Shown piece after piece: positions 1-13,204 of a stretch of DNA of 64,000 nt. The stretch is from assembly GCA_951406725.2 (NCBI GenBank), contig OX597816.1, positions 48,112,001-48,176,000 of the forward strand, in the 5' to 3' direction. The DNA comes from Octopus vulgaris (lineage: Eukaryota). The translations under genes were made by a program, and so were the position numbers. Position 1 is the first letter of the stretch. Every line of letters begins with the position of its first letter. The notes beneath the pieces were generated by a model. The model searched no databases. It saw nothing but the letters and a program-made list of their open reading frames with translations, and was not told the origin of the DNA.

Positions 1-95
1 TACATATATATGGTTGAAAAGATTGTCCTTTTCTTATTTCTATCACAAGAATGGCAAGTCATTGTACCAGCCCAATTGTATGATACATTTGTCTA

Positions 96-618
96 TCGTA
101 AATCCTCGAGTATAGTCTGCCCTTGAGTATAATATGCAGGGGTTTTTTAGGGGGCTGTACCTCTGAAAAACCTAAACCTTGTGTATAATACACACCCCTT
201 CTCTAAATTGAGTCATGCGTAATTAAGCCAGCAGCACCTAGTCGAACAAACACTTCCGCGCATGCATAATACAATAATGGTGATGTTCTTAACTGTTATA
301 TGAGAATGTAAATATGTTTACAAATTGTTTTTTTTACATGTTATTCTGTGTTCTGTATACTTTTCTTTTAATAAATGTTGCTTACTGCAAGTTATGGATA
401 ATTCCTTTATGACTGCATATGCTTTCAGGCTAGCTTAAGGTATTTTCGCGCCCGACATCACAAAATGCGTCTGAATAAACATTGCTGGACAGCAAATAGA
501 GACTCAGACATTGCTTATAAAATATTTTTCATTTTTAACCTCGTATATAGTACGCACCAGGGATTTTGACCTTTAAATTTTGGGGGAAAAAATGTGGATT
601 ATACTCAAGGATTTATGG
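96..618. mobile_element. Tc1/mariner-superfamily non-autonomous element (MITE)
   Basis: Imperfect TIRs TCGTAAATCCTCGAGTATA / TATACTCAAGGATTTATGG, flanked by TA at 94-95 and 619-620. Confidence 0.75.
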
Positions 619-946
619 TATTCATCATCAAAGTAGTGTTGATGTTGATAGTATGACTGACTGCTTTGGAGTGACAAAACCCCTATTTGAAATGCAAGTA
701 TAAGAATTTTAGTCAAGTTAATTAACCCCAGTACTTAGTGTTTTGTATATATAGGTTTTTCCATGCTGGCATGGCTTGGATGGTCCAACAGGAACTAACA
801 AGCCAGAGGACTACATCTGCAGCTGGATGCTCTTCCTAATGCCAACTACTTTACGAAGTGTACTGGGTGGTTTTCTTCTTTGTTTTTCATTTGTGAGGTC
901 ATGAAGTATTTGCAAGACAAGACCCGTCAACAAAGTGGGGTATAGT

Positions 947-1066
947 CAGTGCTGGATTTAGGACAAATGAAGCCCTGTGCTAGTTTAGTTATGAGGCCCC
1001 TTACTTGGACAGGGCCCTTTGGTCAATGGGGTCCTGTGCTTAAGCACAATGGTAAATCTGGCACTG
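947..1066. mobile_element. 120-bp hAT-type MITE
   Basis: TIRs CAGTGCTGGATTTA / TAAATCTGGCACTG; exact 8-bp TSD GGTATAGT (939-946, 1067-1074). Confidence 0.85.
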
Positions 1067-2147
1067 GGTATAGTAACTGAATGAGGTGAAAGTATGATAG
1101 AGGGACAGGAACAGATGTCTTAATCCGTTTGTCTGTCCTTGTTTGTCCTCTCTGTGTTTAGCCCCTTGTGGGTAGTAAAGAAATAGGTATTAATTGGATG
1201 TAAAACTCATATGTAAATTGTTGGTGGTGCTCCTCACCTTAATTTGAAAGCCACAGGCAATCTCTTACTTTGCTTTGGGCACAGTGCCATCCCTGCTGAG
1301 GGCATTGTGTTTGGTTTGCAAGGGCAGCAAAAATACCCGTAATGGGTGTGAACTGAGAATCTATAGAGTAGGCAATCCAATATCTTAATTCACTTAGCCA
1401 TCTCAACAAGTGAATAATATTTCGTATTAAAATAATATCTCGATGAAGTTGTGAGTTGAGATAATTGACGTAAAATGAGAAACAGCAAAAAGATAAAAGA
1501 AGCTTGCAAAGCACCTGATGTGATTAGTAAAAGGAAGGGTGGGAGAGACAGGCATCAGAGAGTGCTTTGTATCTCTTCAAATACTGTAATTAAAGACATT
1601 GTGCTGATATTGCCAGTCTAATTATGTAATGCATATTTGTTTGTCACCGGAATATTTGTGTATGAATGTTTGTCAGTCTGTGTGTTGGTTGATGTCTACG
1701 TATTGTTTTCTTTTATTTTCATTTATATTTTATATTTGCTTTTTCCAGTCTAGTGTTGATATCATTGCTGTCACTGTTCTACCTACAATGTTGGTTTAAC
1801 AAGCATTTTATAAACTGTACATGTTTCAAGTTTCTACTATTTGCCATAATATTATTCATTTACCAGGGCTTTGAACTACTGGATTCCTATTAAAAAAAAA
1901 AAGAAAAAAGAATGCTGTTCATACACATGTAAATATGTACCTCCCCATGTGAATTGTTTTTTTTTTCACAATGCACAATATATATACAGTGTCATGATGT
2001 CTGTATATTCTAAATAAGCTCAATGATATCACTGATGCAGGCTTTGGTTCTCATTTCTTTTAACCCTTTCTGGCTCACAGCAAATAAGGAATTCATACCT
2101 AAGATATTTACGTAACAATTATTGTCATTTTAAAATTAGAAACAATC

Positions 2148-2267
2148 GCACACATGCATGCACGCACGTGCGCACACACCACACACACTCAGAGAGACAC
2201 ACACACACACACACACACTCACACACAGATACACACACACGTGCGCACACACACACACAGACACACA

Positions 2268-2303
<36 letters not shown>

Positions 2304-2470
2304 ACTGGCATAACTGTGGGGTAAGAAATAAAGATATATATATATATATATATATAATATTGATGCACATGCATGCATACACAAGCTTGTATGCATGTAT
2401 ATGTGTATATAAGTGTGTATGTATATATGTGTGTGCTCATGCGTGCATGCACATGCACACACACACAGAT
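2148..2470. repeat. Compound (CA)n/(TA)n/(TG)n microsatellite
   Basis: Visible dinucleotide runs; source of the HT/CV pseudo-ORFs. Confidence 0.95.
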
Positions 2471-2802
2471 ATTTATTTATTTATGTAGAAAAGGGATGCC
2501 GACATTTCCCAGGAAATAAAGTGCACAGTGGGGAGGCAGTTTGTTGAACAAGAATTCTCATAATTCTTTATGAATTTATTTTTTCAAACACAATGTCTAT
2601 ATTATTTGTAACCGATATAAATGGTTCTTTTTTCGCTTTTAAAACTATTTCATACACAGACACGCATACAGTTGTATGCATGGTTATGTATATATATATA
2701 TATGTGTGCATATCTGTGTACATGCTGATACATACATATGAATATATATGTAAGTATATATGTGTGTGTGTGTGTGCATATAAACACATGTATGCAAACA
2801 TG

Positions 2803-2841
<39 letters not shown>

Positions 2842-2919
2842 GATCTGTATCAATTTTAATATTTGTTTCACCACACCTGCATACATAGGTAGATTCTCTG
2901 CTGCACTGTATCTCATTAA

Positions 2920-4080
2920 TTGACATTTCACCACATCATCCCAAGTCTTCGTTGCCCTCCCCTTGCACAGGTTTCATTTACTTTGAGTGCCATGCCCTTC
3001 TATATACAGCTGTCTTTCTTTATATACATCACTTGCTCACATCAATGCAAACTACTTTGTTCTAATTTTCCTCTCAATGGATTTGTGTTTTATCATTTAT
3101 GCACACATCTAACTTCATTCCTTTCTTTGCAATTCCCTTACATTCAAGGCCTACATCTCATTACCATGCAATATTGTGCTTCATACACAAGCTTCATACA
3201 GTGTGTCCTTCACTCTAATGGTGAAGCACTTTGTAACCAGCAGTGATTATACAGGGTGTCCCAAAATTAAGGCAACCAAGTTTTTCAATTTTGCCATAGT
3301 AAAATATTGTTATATTTTGGGTCCGAGCATTGCAATGCAATGGTAAAGGAAACACAATTATGGCACTACCACATCTATTCGATATGGACACCTCTGTTTT
3401 GAATCACAACCTTAAGTCTAGGTGTGAATGCTTCACATGTGGTACACAACAGTGCTTATTTCCCCTGTGTACCTGTTGCATGTGGAATCTACTTCTGGGT
3501 TAGCTTCCCTGTAACCCCTCTATACTCTTTGTGTGGTCATCACTTACACTGGATACAATATTCAGAACTTCTTCCTGTCATCTCCCTGGTGATAGTAGTC
3601 CTATCTTCTCTACTGTTTACTAATATTTAGTCTTTGTTAAATTTATTTTCAGGTCTTTTCATTTGAGGCTTTGCTTCTGCATCTGAATTTCCTCTAATTC
3701 TTCTACCGATTCATCTCTAAGGACTGGGTTATCATGTGTATAGAAAAGGACCCAGATCTTACAGCTGTTTCCATATCCATCTGGTCTTAAAATCCTCTGT
3801 TCTGGTTAAACAGAAAGAGTCTCAGGACTGAGCCCTGATGGTGTTCTATTGGCATGCTAAATTCATCACTAATCTCACTACTGATTCTCACCTTGCAGTC
3901 CATACCTATGTACATGGTTTGTACAGCTATCATAAGTCATTTGTCTACTCTTGGCTTCTTTAGTGTTCACAAGATCACAGAGCAAAATGCTCTTGGGAAG
4001 TATCTCTATTCTAAGTACACCATACTGTTGTCAGTTGAAATGGCTGGTCCCCCCCCATTGGGTCTATCTTGGATTCTCAC
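2920..4080 (-). pseudogene. Decayed RTE LINE RT remnant, interrupted by a mariner-like fragment at ~3252-3455
   Basis: Minus strand around 3826-3900 resembles the KVRVGNEYSEEF..HQGSVLS segment of the young RTE at 26047-26121; many stops. TA|CAGGGTGTCCC terminus at 3250. Confidence 0.65.
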
Positions 4081-4117
4081 TTAACTATTTCTTATAATTG
4101 CATATATATATATATAT

Positions 4118-4383
4118 CTTTTATCTTCTACATGATCTACATGTTTCAGTTATTAAATTGCAGCCATGCTGGGGCACTGCTTTGAAGAATTTTTAGTTGA
4201 ATGAATCAACCTCATTACTTATTCTATTAGTCTCTTTTGCCAACTGCTAAGTTATGGAAACATAAACACACCAACAGCAGTTGTCATGCAATGGTGTGGG
4301 ACAAACACAGACAGAAAGACACACTCACACATGCACACTCACGCACTCACGCACGCATGCACGCACACACACACACACACACA

Positions 4384-4419
<36 letters not shown>

Positions 4420-4555
4420 GACATACGATAGGCTTCTTACAGTTTTCGTCTACCAAAATAATAAATGAAATTTACTCTGCTGCACACTGAGACCGAACCT
4501 GAAATCATTGAGTTGTAAAAAGAGCTTCTTAACCACAGGGCCATTCCTCTACCTA
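4118..4555 (-). mobile_element. SINE family A, decayed
   Basis: Similar to the young copy at 17067-17487, including the internal microsatellite. Confidence 0.75.
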
Positions 4556-5715
4556 TACAGTATGTGCATATGCTACAGTGACAGTCTAATACCATTCTGT
4601 ATAACAATGAAATTCCTACACATTCTCCCCCCCCCACTTCATTGAAAAAAACATCCCTCTAAGGTGAACACAAGTATCATCCTGAAAATGTTGAGAATTA
4701 ATCCTATGTCCAAGGGCTTCTTTGATTTCATTTAGTTGGGAAGTAAGGGATTGTTAATTCTTTTCGTTCAGTTCTCTGAAAAGACTTTTATATTTCAAAC
4801 CATTTTCCTTTTTGTAGAATATCTCCTTGCCTTTTATCTTGTTTTTCTTTTTTCATCCTTTAAAACCAACCAAAGTATAATTGATTGTATGTCATTTGGC
4901 TGTGATACAGGGACATTTGCTATTCACTTTCTCATTCAAAGTGCTTAAACGTTTTTCTTTTTTTTTTTTTGTCTTTCGTTGCGATTAAAATAATTTGTTT
5001 TCAAAAACTGGTGCCTAGCAATGGTTTGAAAAAATCCCCCCCAAAAAAAGAGAGAGAAATCCAATGAAAACTTTTTTTTGTTTCTCTGTAAAGAGATTCA
5101 CTTAATTACTTGTTGAATTTAAAAGTCAAGGCTAATATCTTTTATTCAGCATTGTTTATGCAGTATTATCCTTGTTGTTTGCTTAGCTGTGTTCATACTA
5201 AATAGACAGTGCTTTAAAGAGGTTAATCACCATGGAAATGTTTCTTCAAAAGAAAATATATTGATTTGCCACTTTTTAGATGTTTTTAGCTTGCCAAAGG
5301 ATATTGGCAATAGAACTTTTATTTCTACTCACCAAAATAAAGGTTCTGGGTTCAAACCAAGCTTATAAAAATGAATACATGTTCTGAAGGCAATTGAGGA
5401 TTGCCTTCAGAACATGTTGATGATGAGCACATAAAAGATGAAATTAATAGTCTGAGAAATTAATGTTGGTGTAGTAATTAATGGATAACTTATCTCAGAA
5501 ACGAAGGCAATCAATGCTATAACATTTATGTTGTTGCGTTGCATGCATGACATATTTTCAGAGTCATGTGAGGCAACCCAATGATCATGTGAGCCATTTT
5601 ATGCAAGAGGGGTAGCAGTTCGATGTGGGAGGCTGGCTTTGCAGTTAAAGAAAGTTTCTTGTCATAAAAGACTGCATTTCACTTTGAAATTACTTTGATA
5701 AACACTTTACTTTAA

Positions 5716-5930
5716 CCTTTTAGCACTTAGATTACTCTGCCAAATGTAATGCTTATTTGTTCATTGTTTTGAATTAAACATGCGTTATCTTGTAGCTCAG
5801 GGATTTCAATAACGTGATTTCGTTTTAAGAATGACATTGTAGGGTAGGTGTAAGAGGCTGGATATGGCTGCTTTGGACATGAAACAGGTAGAATATTTGG
5901 GCTAGAGATGGCCAGTTTAAATGCTAAAGG
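5716..5930. mobile_element. piggyBac-like (TTAA) MITE, inverted relative to the 6253 copy
   Basis: TTAA|CCTTTTAGCA...TGCTAAAGG; reverse-complement similarity to 6253-6473 and 40526-40746. Confidence 0.7.
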
Positions 5931-6252
5931 ATTCGAACAAATGCTTACTTGGCTTATTTCTATGACGATAAAGATGAGATGCACTAAATGATGACAGATT
6001 AATATTGCATGAATACTAATTGATAAAATATGAGACTGAACAAAATATACAGCACTCATGTTCAAGAAATATTCAAAGATGGTGTGTTTTGAAGTATTTG
6101 TGGAAGAACTTGATAAAAAGAAAGTCAAGTTGCTTGTAACTACTTTAGACACCTTAAATTGAGTGATATCCATTTGGAAAATAGTATGAAGTGTATACAA
6201 ATATAATTGCTCTGACATGCACACATATATTGTTCTTTTGAGTAATGTTTAA

Positions 6253-6473
6253 CCTTTTAGCATTTAAACAGGCTATATCAGGCCCAAATATTCTAGCTGT
6301 TTTAGGTTCAAATTGGTCAGATCCAGTCTCTCTCTCATCTACCTTATAATGTCATGCTGGAAATAAGCAATCACATCATCAAAATCTCAATGCTACAATA
6401 TAATTACGACTAATTCAAAATAATGTAAATGACTATGTATTACTTTTAACAAATTAATCTGAATGTTAAAGGG
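6253..6473. mobile_element. piggyBac-like (TTAA) MITE
   Basis: TTAA|CCTTTTAGCATT...AATGTTAAAGGG|TTAA. Confidence 0.8.
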
Positions 6474-7184
6474 TTAATGGTATTTTGGTCTTGAGATGTT
6501 TTTTCTTGGCAACTCTCTATCAAAAATTTCTTGAAGAAAATCTGTCATTTTATAAGCATATGCCTATCGGGGATTATCCTGAAAAAAATCATGACATTAT
6601 CCCCTTAGCAATATTCTAAGTCCTGTCTCATACAATGGATTACAATAAGTAAGGCTAGCTTCTACAACAGTAGATGAGTTTGAGATCTAATCTGATGTCT
6701 GAACAGCAACAAGTTTGTAAGCTAATCTGTTACACTGTCAATATGATGGAAACTAATCTTTTCCCAAACACTGTATGACATGCTTGGTGAACATGAGTTT
6801 GAAAACAAGAGTGGGACCAGAAGTCAAATGCACTGTAAAAAGAGAGGAGAACTATAACAATCCTGTAGGTGTTTGATTTAACTCCTGCAGTCATGCAGTT
6901 CTACTTGCTTGTCACATGAGCTGCTATTACTTGACAGGGTTAGCGGTTTGATAGAGGACATTAACTCTGAAGTTGAAGGAAGCTTCCTGGGGTTAAGAAC
7001 CTTGTATGAATATGGCATTACTTGGATGAATACTTTCTGAGAATTACATAAGTACTTATAAATACAGACTTAGAAATACAAATAAGAAACGTGGCTGCAT
7101 TCAATGGAAACTGATTGGATAAATAAGTTACTAGGCACATGTGCTGCTCTGATTTTGAGTTTATATCCTATTTCTTTTATTTTT

Positions 7185-7562
7185 TTATTTGTTTCAGTCA
7201 TTTGACTGTGGCCATGCTGGAGCACTGCCTTTAGTTGAACAAATCGACTCCAGGACTAATATTTTGTAAGCCTTGTACTTATTCTGTCGGTCTATTTTGC
7301 TGAACTGCTAAGTTATGGGGACATAAACACACCAACACCGGTTGTGAAGCAATGGTGATGGGACAAACACAGATGCACAAACATATACAAATAAATACGA
7401 CAGACTTCTTTCAGTTTCCATCTACCAAATTCACTCACAAGGCTTTGGTCAGCCTGAGGCTATAGTAGAAGACACTTGCTCAAGGTGCCACACAGTAGGA
7501 CTGAACCTGGAACCATGTGGTTGGTAAGCAAGCTACTTACCATACAGCCACTCCTGCACCTG
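7185..7562 (-). mobile_element. SINE family A
   Basis: Near full-length match to 17067-17487. Confidence 0.85.
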
Positions 7563-7581
7563 GTGTGATATATATTTAATA

Positions 7582-7745
7582 AGGTGCATGTGTAGTTTGT
7601 GCTGTGAAAAGTTTGTTTCCCAACAATATAGTTTCTGGTTCAGTCCCACTGTGTGGCAACATGGGCAAGTGTCTTCTATTATAGCCCTGAGCTAACCAAA
7701 GCCTTATGAATGGAGTTGGAAGATAAAATGGAAAGAAGCCGATCA
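7582..7745 (+). mobile_element. SINE family A, 5' half
   Basis: GGTTCAGTCCC B-box-like motif and GGGCAAGTGTCTTCTA CORE-like segment; head-to-head with the previous copy. Confidence 0.75.
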
Positions 7746-7785
7746 TATATCTGTGTATTTGTGTTTATGTGTGTGTGTGTGTGTA

Positions 7786-8347
7786 TCTATTATATAAAAT
7801 CCATTCTGTTTGTCTGTGTGTGTGTGTCTTCTAGGATCTCGGGCATCCTCCATCCGATTGCGCTCAAATTTGATATGTAGATACCAACGGTATCAGGGCG
7901 TGTATAAGTCTTGAAAAAATTACAAAAATCGATTCCAGGTGGGAATGCGATTGATAAAGCCATGGGAAAGTGCATTTGTATGTGCAAGTACATCAGCTGT
8001 TGCGATTGAAACTATGCGTACGTGAGAAAAATGCATGTGCAGTTTGCGCAAAAAAAGCCTGCTGACTTGAAATAATGCCAGAAAATGCAGTATATTTAAG
8101 AGAGCAAAAAAGTAAGATGCAAAAGAGATATTTTCTTCAAACTTGGCATGAAGGAAGGAAAGACTATTTGGTTTCTCAAGAAGGTGTTTTTTGGCTTTAA
8201 CTTTGTTTAACAAAACCAAAAATTTTATCGAAATAAAGGCATGCTTAATTATTTTTTAATGAAAAGAAAACACTGATTGCTTTTTATTCAGCAGATATGA
8301 TTCAGCACCATCCATTGGACGGGGAGGGGGGATGGGCATTTTGCTAG
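7786..8347 (+). mobile_element. Non-autonomous Helitron-like element
   Basis: Starts TCTATTATATAAA, ends CTAG, inserted between A and T, no TSD. Confidence 0.6.
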
Positions 8348-8358
8348 TATATATATAA

Positions 8359-8391
<33 letters not shown>

Positions 8392-11205
8392 TGTATGCAT
8401 GGAAGTGTGTGTCTGTTTGTGACTCCTTGTCTTGACACCACATGGTTGTTGTAAATGAATGTCCATTTCTAGTATTCTGTGAAAAGAAATGTCTGGCCAT
8501 GGAGAAGCATTAACTTGACAGGAAGGGCATCTGGCCTTAGCAAAATCTACTTCAGTAAATTCTATCTGACCCATTCAAGCAAAGAAAAATTGACATTTTA
8601 ATGTCTACTTTTTAATGATGATAAACGATAAATTTGCTGGCATTCATTGGGTGTCTCTTAATTGTGTTTGTTCTGAAATAAAATCAATGCCACAAGTTTT
8701 TGGTGATCATATTACTAAAGATTGAAGGACATTCGCAAGATTTCTGTTCACAGCATGATCAGAGGTTTTCTCTCTTTCTTTCTTCTTTCTTTCTTTCTTT
8801 CTTTTCTATATTTTCTTTCCTTCCTTCTCTTAAAGGTGTTCTACTCTATTATTTATTTAGGCAGGAACCGACCACAGACTCAAATCCTAGCTGTTATTAT
8901 ATTTTTGCATATATATATATTTGGTTAACATCAGTTTTCATTGTTGATATAGGTTAGATGATATTTTTTTCTCCATGAAACTATTTCTCTAAGCATCTCT
9001 CTCTCTCTATCTCTCTCTTTTCTTGTCCTGGCTTCTTTCAGTATTCTAAATGACAGAACATATATGCCAAGTTTGCTTATTAATTCCTAGTGCTATCTAA
9101 AGCTGGATTCCATACAATGCATACAGTGAATTAGTTGAATCTGGAAGTGAATGCAGTCAGTCTTTTAATCTATACATCTGTTTGTACACATCTGTTTCTC
9201 TTTCTCTTTTTGTTTTGTTTTCTTTTGTTCATATTTCAAGACTGTTTAAAGATTTTTATTTGTAGTGTATTTTTCTCATGGTGCATTGATTCATTTAACA
9301 GGAAATAATGGCTTTCTTTGAAACTAGAAGCAAAAAAAAAAAAAAAGAAAAAAGATTAACTTGCTTTTCAGAACAAAATGCTTGTAATCATAAGATTTGA
9401 TAAGATCTTGATAAAGATGAGAGGACTTATTAAGCAATATTTCTTGGAAAGAACTAAAGAACTTTTGTATTTATATAGCAATAAGCATCATTATTTTCTT
9501 CCCAACCTGAGTCTTCTAATGAAATAGAAAACCATGCCATGTTTTGCCATTTTCTTTCAGGAGTTTGTGTTGCAAAACGTTGTTGTTTAGCCCCAGGTCA
9601 TCACTGATTGAGCCGATCAATGATCAAATTGTTCTAGCTAAAAGCATCTCCGCTATTATTCAGATATGGTATATCTAAAGATTACGTTATCTTATGTATT
9701 ACCCTTTCTTCCTTTCCATTCCTTTTTCTTTTTTTTATTTGAGACAGAAGAATGTGATTTGAGTGGCTACAGAGTACCTTCTTTGTTTGTGTTTCTTTGT
9801 GGTTGTCTGTGCTAAATTTGGTTATATTGCATGTAAATGTTGGGATTTCACTTCTACTAGAATCCTGATAATAATAAATGGTAGCCTCTCAGTCCAAGAA
9901 AAATGGTTCTGCAATTTCTTGTTGAACGACTTACACAAATGATGATATGTTTATATCGATCAATTGTTTGTACTGCACATAGGTTTTCATTCCCTCCATC
10001 AAATTGATGTTACCTGAACAGGTGTATGGTGTGTCACATGTCAGGCGTTGAAGTGATTGCAGAGCATCATGAGCTGCAGTGTTTTTGCTCAAGGTCACAA
10101 TGCACCACCCAAACTGGGAATTGAACCTACAATCCTGTGAAATGGTAATTGCAACAACCTAACCAGTAGGCCCAGAGGAAGGAATAACACTCACCTATGC
10201 TGTAAATATATCTAATAATGCTAATTAAATTATGGGATTTCATGGGAAAAGACAATGGGAAATTGACATTCACACATTTTCATATGAGTATTGGTTGTTA
10301 AATTAAATTGTTGAAGACTTACTGTTTGTACTACAGTCAGTGCCTGTTGGTCATCACAATAACATAAATAACAAAAGCTTAATGAACTCTGCTTCTTATT
10401 AGTCTCTATGAATCAAATTTTCTTAAGTGAATATAATCAATGGTACTCATTAGTTTCTGAGATAGATTGGATAATGTAAGTTAATTATTTCATAATCTTT
10501 TCTTCATCTTCTTTTGTTTTTCTTTCTTTCTTATATACCGGCATACATTGGTTTGCACTGTACCATTATATCATGTTTGCGGAGACCAATTAAAGACATG
10601 CCTCTTCAAAGAGGTATCACACAAATCATTCTTTTAGATTGATATTATTCCTGTGTATCCCTTCCTAAACATGTACACTCACAATTAGAGGCCTAATTAA
10701 TACATACTTGCTTGATTGGTTATGTTAAGTTCATGGGAGCAGTTGCTAGGTTTCATTTTTTTTCTCCTTTTGTTTCTGAGAACAAGTCTTCTTCTTCTTT
10801 AAATAACTGAAATCTATGAAATTAATATTGCTTTTTTTTGACAAAATATGGATTATTCTCTTATTCATTTGCTGGTTTGAGCCATTGATCTGGCAGCAGT
10901 TCTGGAGTACAGTTTTCAAAAGGTTTTTAGTTGATTATATTGCCTTCAATGCTTTTTTTCTGATATTTATTTTTTGTGCTTGGAAGGATGTAAGGCAAAA
11001 TTGACCTAGGCATAAAGAGACAACCAAAAAACCACCAAATATTTTCGTTTGATGCTGGCACAATTGTGTGGTTAATAAGTTTGATTCACAATGATAGCAT
11101 TTTGAGTTTAAGCTCACTCTGTGGCACTTTGGGCAAGTATTTTCCACTAAACCTTTGGACCCACCAAACTTTGTGAGGGAATTTGGTAGATAGAAACTGT
11201 AGGAG

Positions 11206-11429
11206 GGCTGGCAGAAATGTTAGCATGCCAGGCGAAATGCTTAGCGGTATTTTGTCTGCCGTTACGTTCTGAGTTGAAATTCTGCCGAGGTCAACTTTGC
11301 CTTTCATCCTTTCGGGGTCAATATATTAAGTACCAGCTACGCACTGAGGTCGATGTAATTGACTTAATCCCTTTGTCTGTCCTTGTTTGTCCCTTCTATG
11401 TTTAGCCCCTTGTGGGCAATAAAGAAATA
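11206..11429 (+). mobile_element. SINE family B inserted into a family-A SINE (~11055-11455)
   Basis: GAGTTGAAATTC B-box-like motif; GCCTTTCATCCTTTCGGGGTC conserved central domain; 14-bp TSD AGAAACTGTAGGAG (11192-11205, 11430-11443). Confidence 0.85.
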
Positions 11430-12059
11430 AGAAACTGTAGGAGAACTTGTCATGTGTGTATGTGTGCACGTATGTATATGTATATATATTTGTTGTAGTT
11501 TTATTAAATCAGTGTTTAATCCTGCCCATATATTTATTGATTGAAATAATGTGGTTATTAATCTTTTACTTTTATACTATGGAAGATGGTAGGGATTATA
11601 ATTTTTGTATGGTTTAATAGAGTTGTCGCTGTTTAGTTACATATTTAGGTGTAGTTGTAATTTATTTATTGAATTTATTTATTGATACGGTTGTACATAG
11701 AGTAAATGTGTTTGAAAGTTGTGGTTTCTTTGGTTTGTTTGTTCCCAAACAACACTTATTTTAGTGCTGTTGACACCACTGGATTGAATGGTCCTGCTTA
11801 GGTGTTGAAACCATAATGATATCCATTGTGCAGCTGATGATGGAGGCATGTTGGATCGTTTGAATGGCAGTTTTTGTATTTGTGGATATAGTATTATTGG
11901 ATTGTTGGTATGGCTGTGGAATAGTATTAATAATACATCCTTTTGATATATGTATGTATGTATATATGGTGTGTATGTAAGTGTATGCAAAGTAGTGTTG
12001 ATGTTGATAGTATGACTGACTGCTTTGGAGTGACAAAACCCCTATTTGAAATGCAAGTA

Positions 12060-12525
12060 TAAGAATTTTAGTCAAGTTAATTGATCCCAGTACTTATTGT
12101 TTTGTAAAGTTTGTTACTTATTCTATTAGTCACTTTTGCTGAACTAAGTTACAGGGACAAACATACACAAAGACATGCACACACACACACACACACACAC
12201 ACAATCGGCTTCTTTCAGTTTCTGTCTACCAGATCCACTCACAAGGCTTTGGTTGACCCAAGTCTATAAGTCTTTTGCTGAACTGCTAATTTATAGGACA
12301 TAAACAAACCAACCCTGGTTGTACACAAGACACTTACTCACACAAAGACACACACACACACATGCACTTATATATGATGGGCTTCCACACAGTTTCTGTT
12401 TATCAAATTCCCTCACAAGGCCTTGGTCAGCCCAGTGCTACAGTAGAAGGTGCTACATGATGGGACTGAACCTGAAACCATGTTGTTGTGTAGATAACTT
12501 CTTAACCACACAACCACGTCTGCAT
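12060..12525 (-). mobile_element. SINE family A with internal partial duplication
   Basis: CTTTTGCTGAACT..CTCACAAGG segment occurs twice. Confidence 0.7.
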
Positions 12526-13171
12526 CTACAAAGAAAACTCATTTTTTCCAACTATTGAACACATTTTTGTATATTCTGCTTTATTAATTGCATATTTATA
12601 ATTCTACAGCCTTGATCCACATGTTAATCATGCTAAGACATCTTTGATCCATGCAGGGACAGTGTTTGATGGACATATAAAATTACATTTTTTTCTTTCT
12701 CTTGCTTTCATAGTTTAACTTTTTCCCTCTAATTTTCTCAACTCTGTATATAATTCTTGACTGTTCATTCTTCTTACAACATTCTGAATTATTATATTTT
12801 CTTTTTTCTAAACTTTATTAAATTGATTTTTCTAGTTGTTTTCATTAACGAATACTCAAATTTATGCCACTTTGGACCTAATCTTGTTTTATCATAGCCA
12901 TCTGTAAATAACTTCACTGCATGTACAAAAGAGTTAGTGTAAAGATTTATTTATTCATAATCTCTGTGGAAGTTTAATTGTACCATGCAATATTGTACTT
13001 ATCTGAAATGATAAATTAGACCTAAGAAATAAAAACCAAGAAGAGAAACAACCGAAAAAAAGAAAAAAAAAGAAAAAAAAACCTTGTTTTTAGATTATAT
13101 TTATTTTTCTGTCTGAAATATTTTGTTTTGTTTGTTTGTTTGAAATGTTTTAAGTGTATTATTTGTGTGCA

Positions 13172-13204
<33 letters not shown>

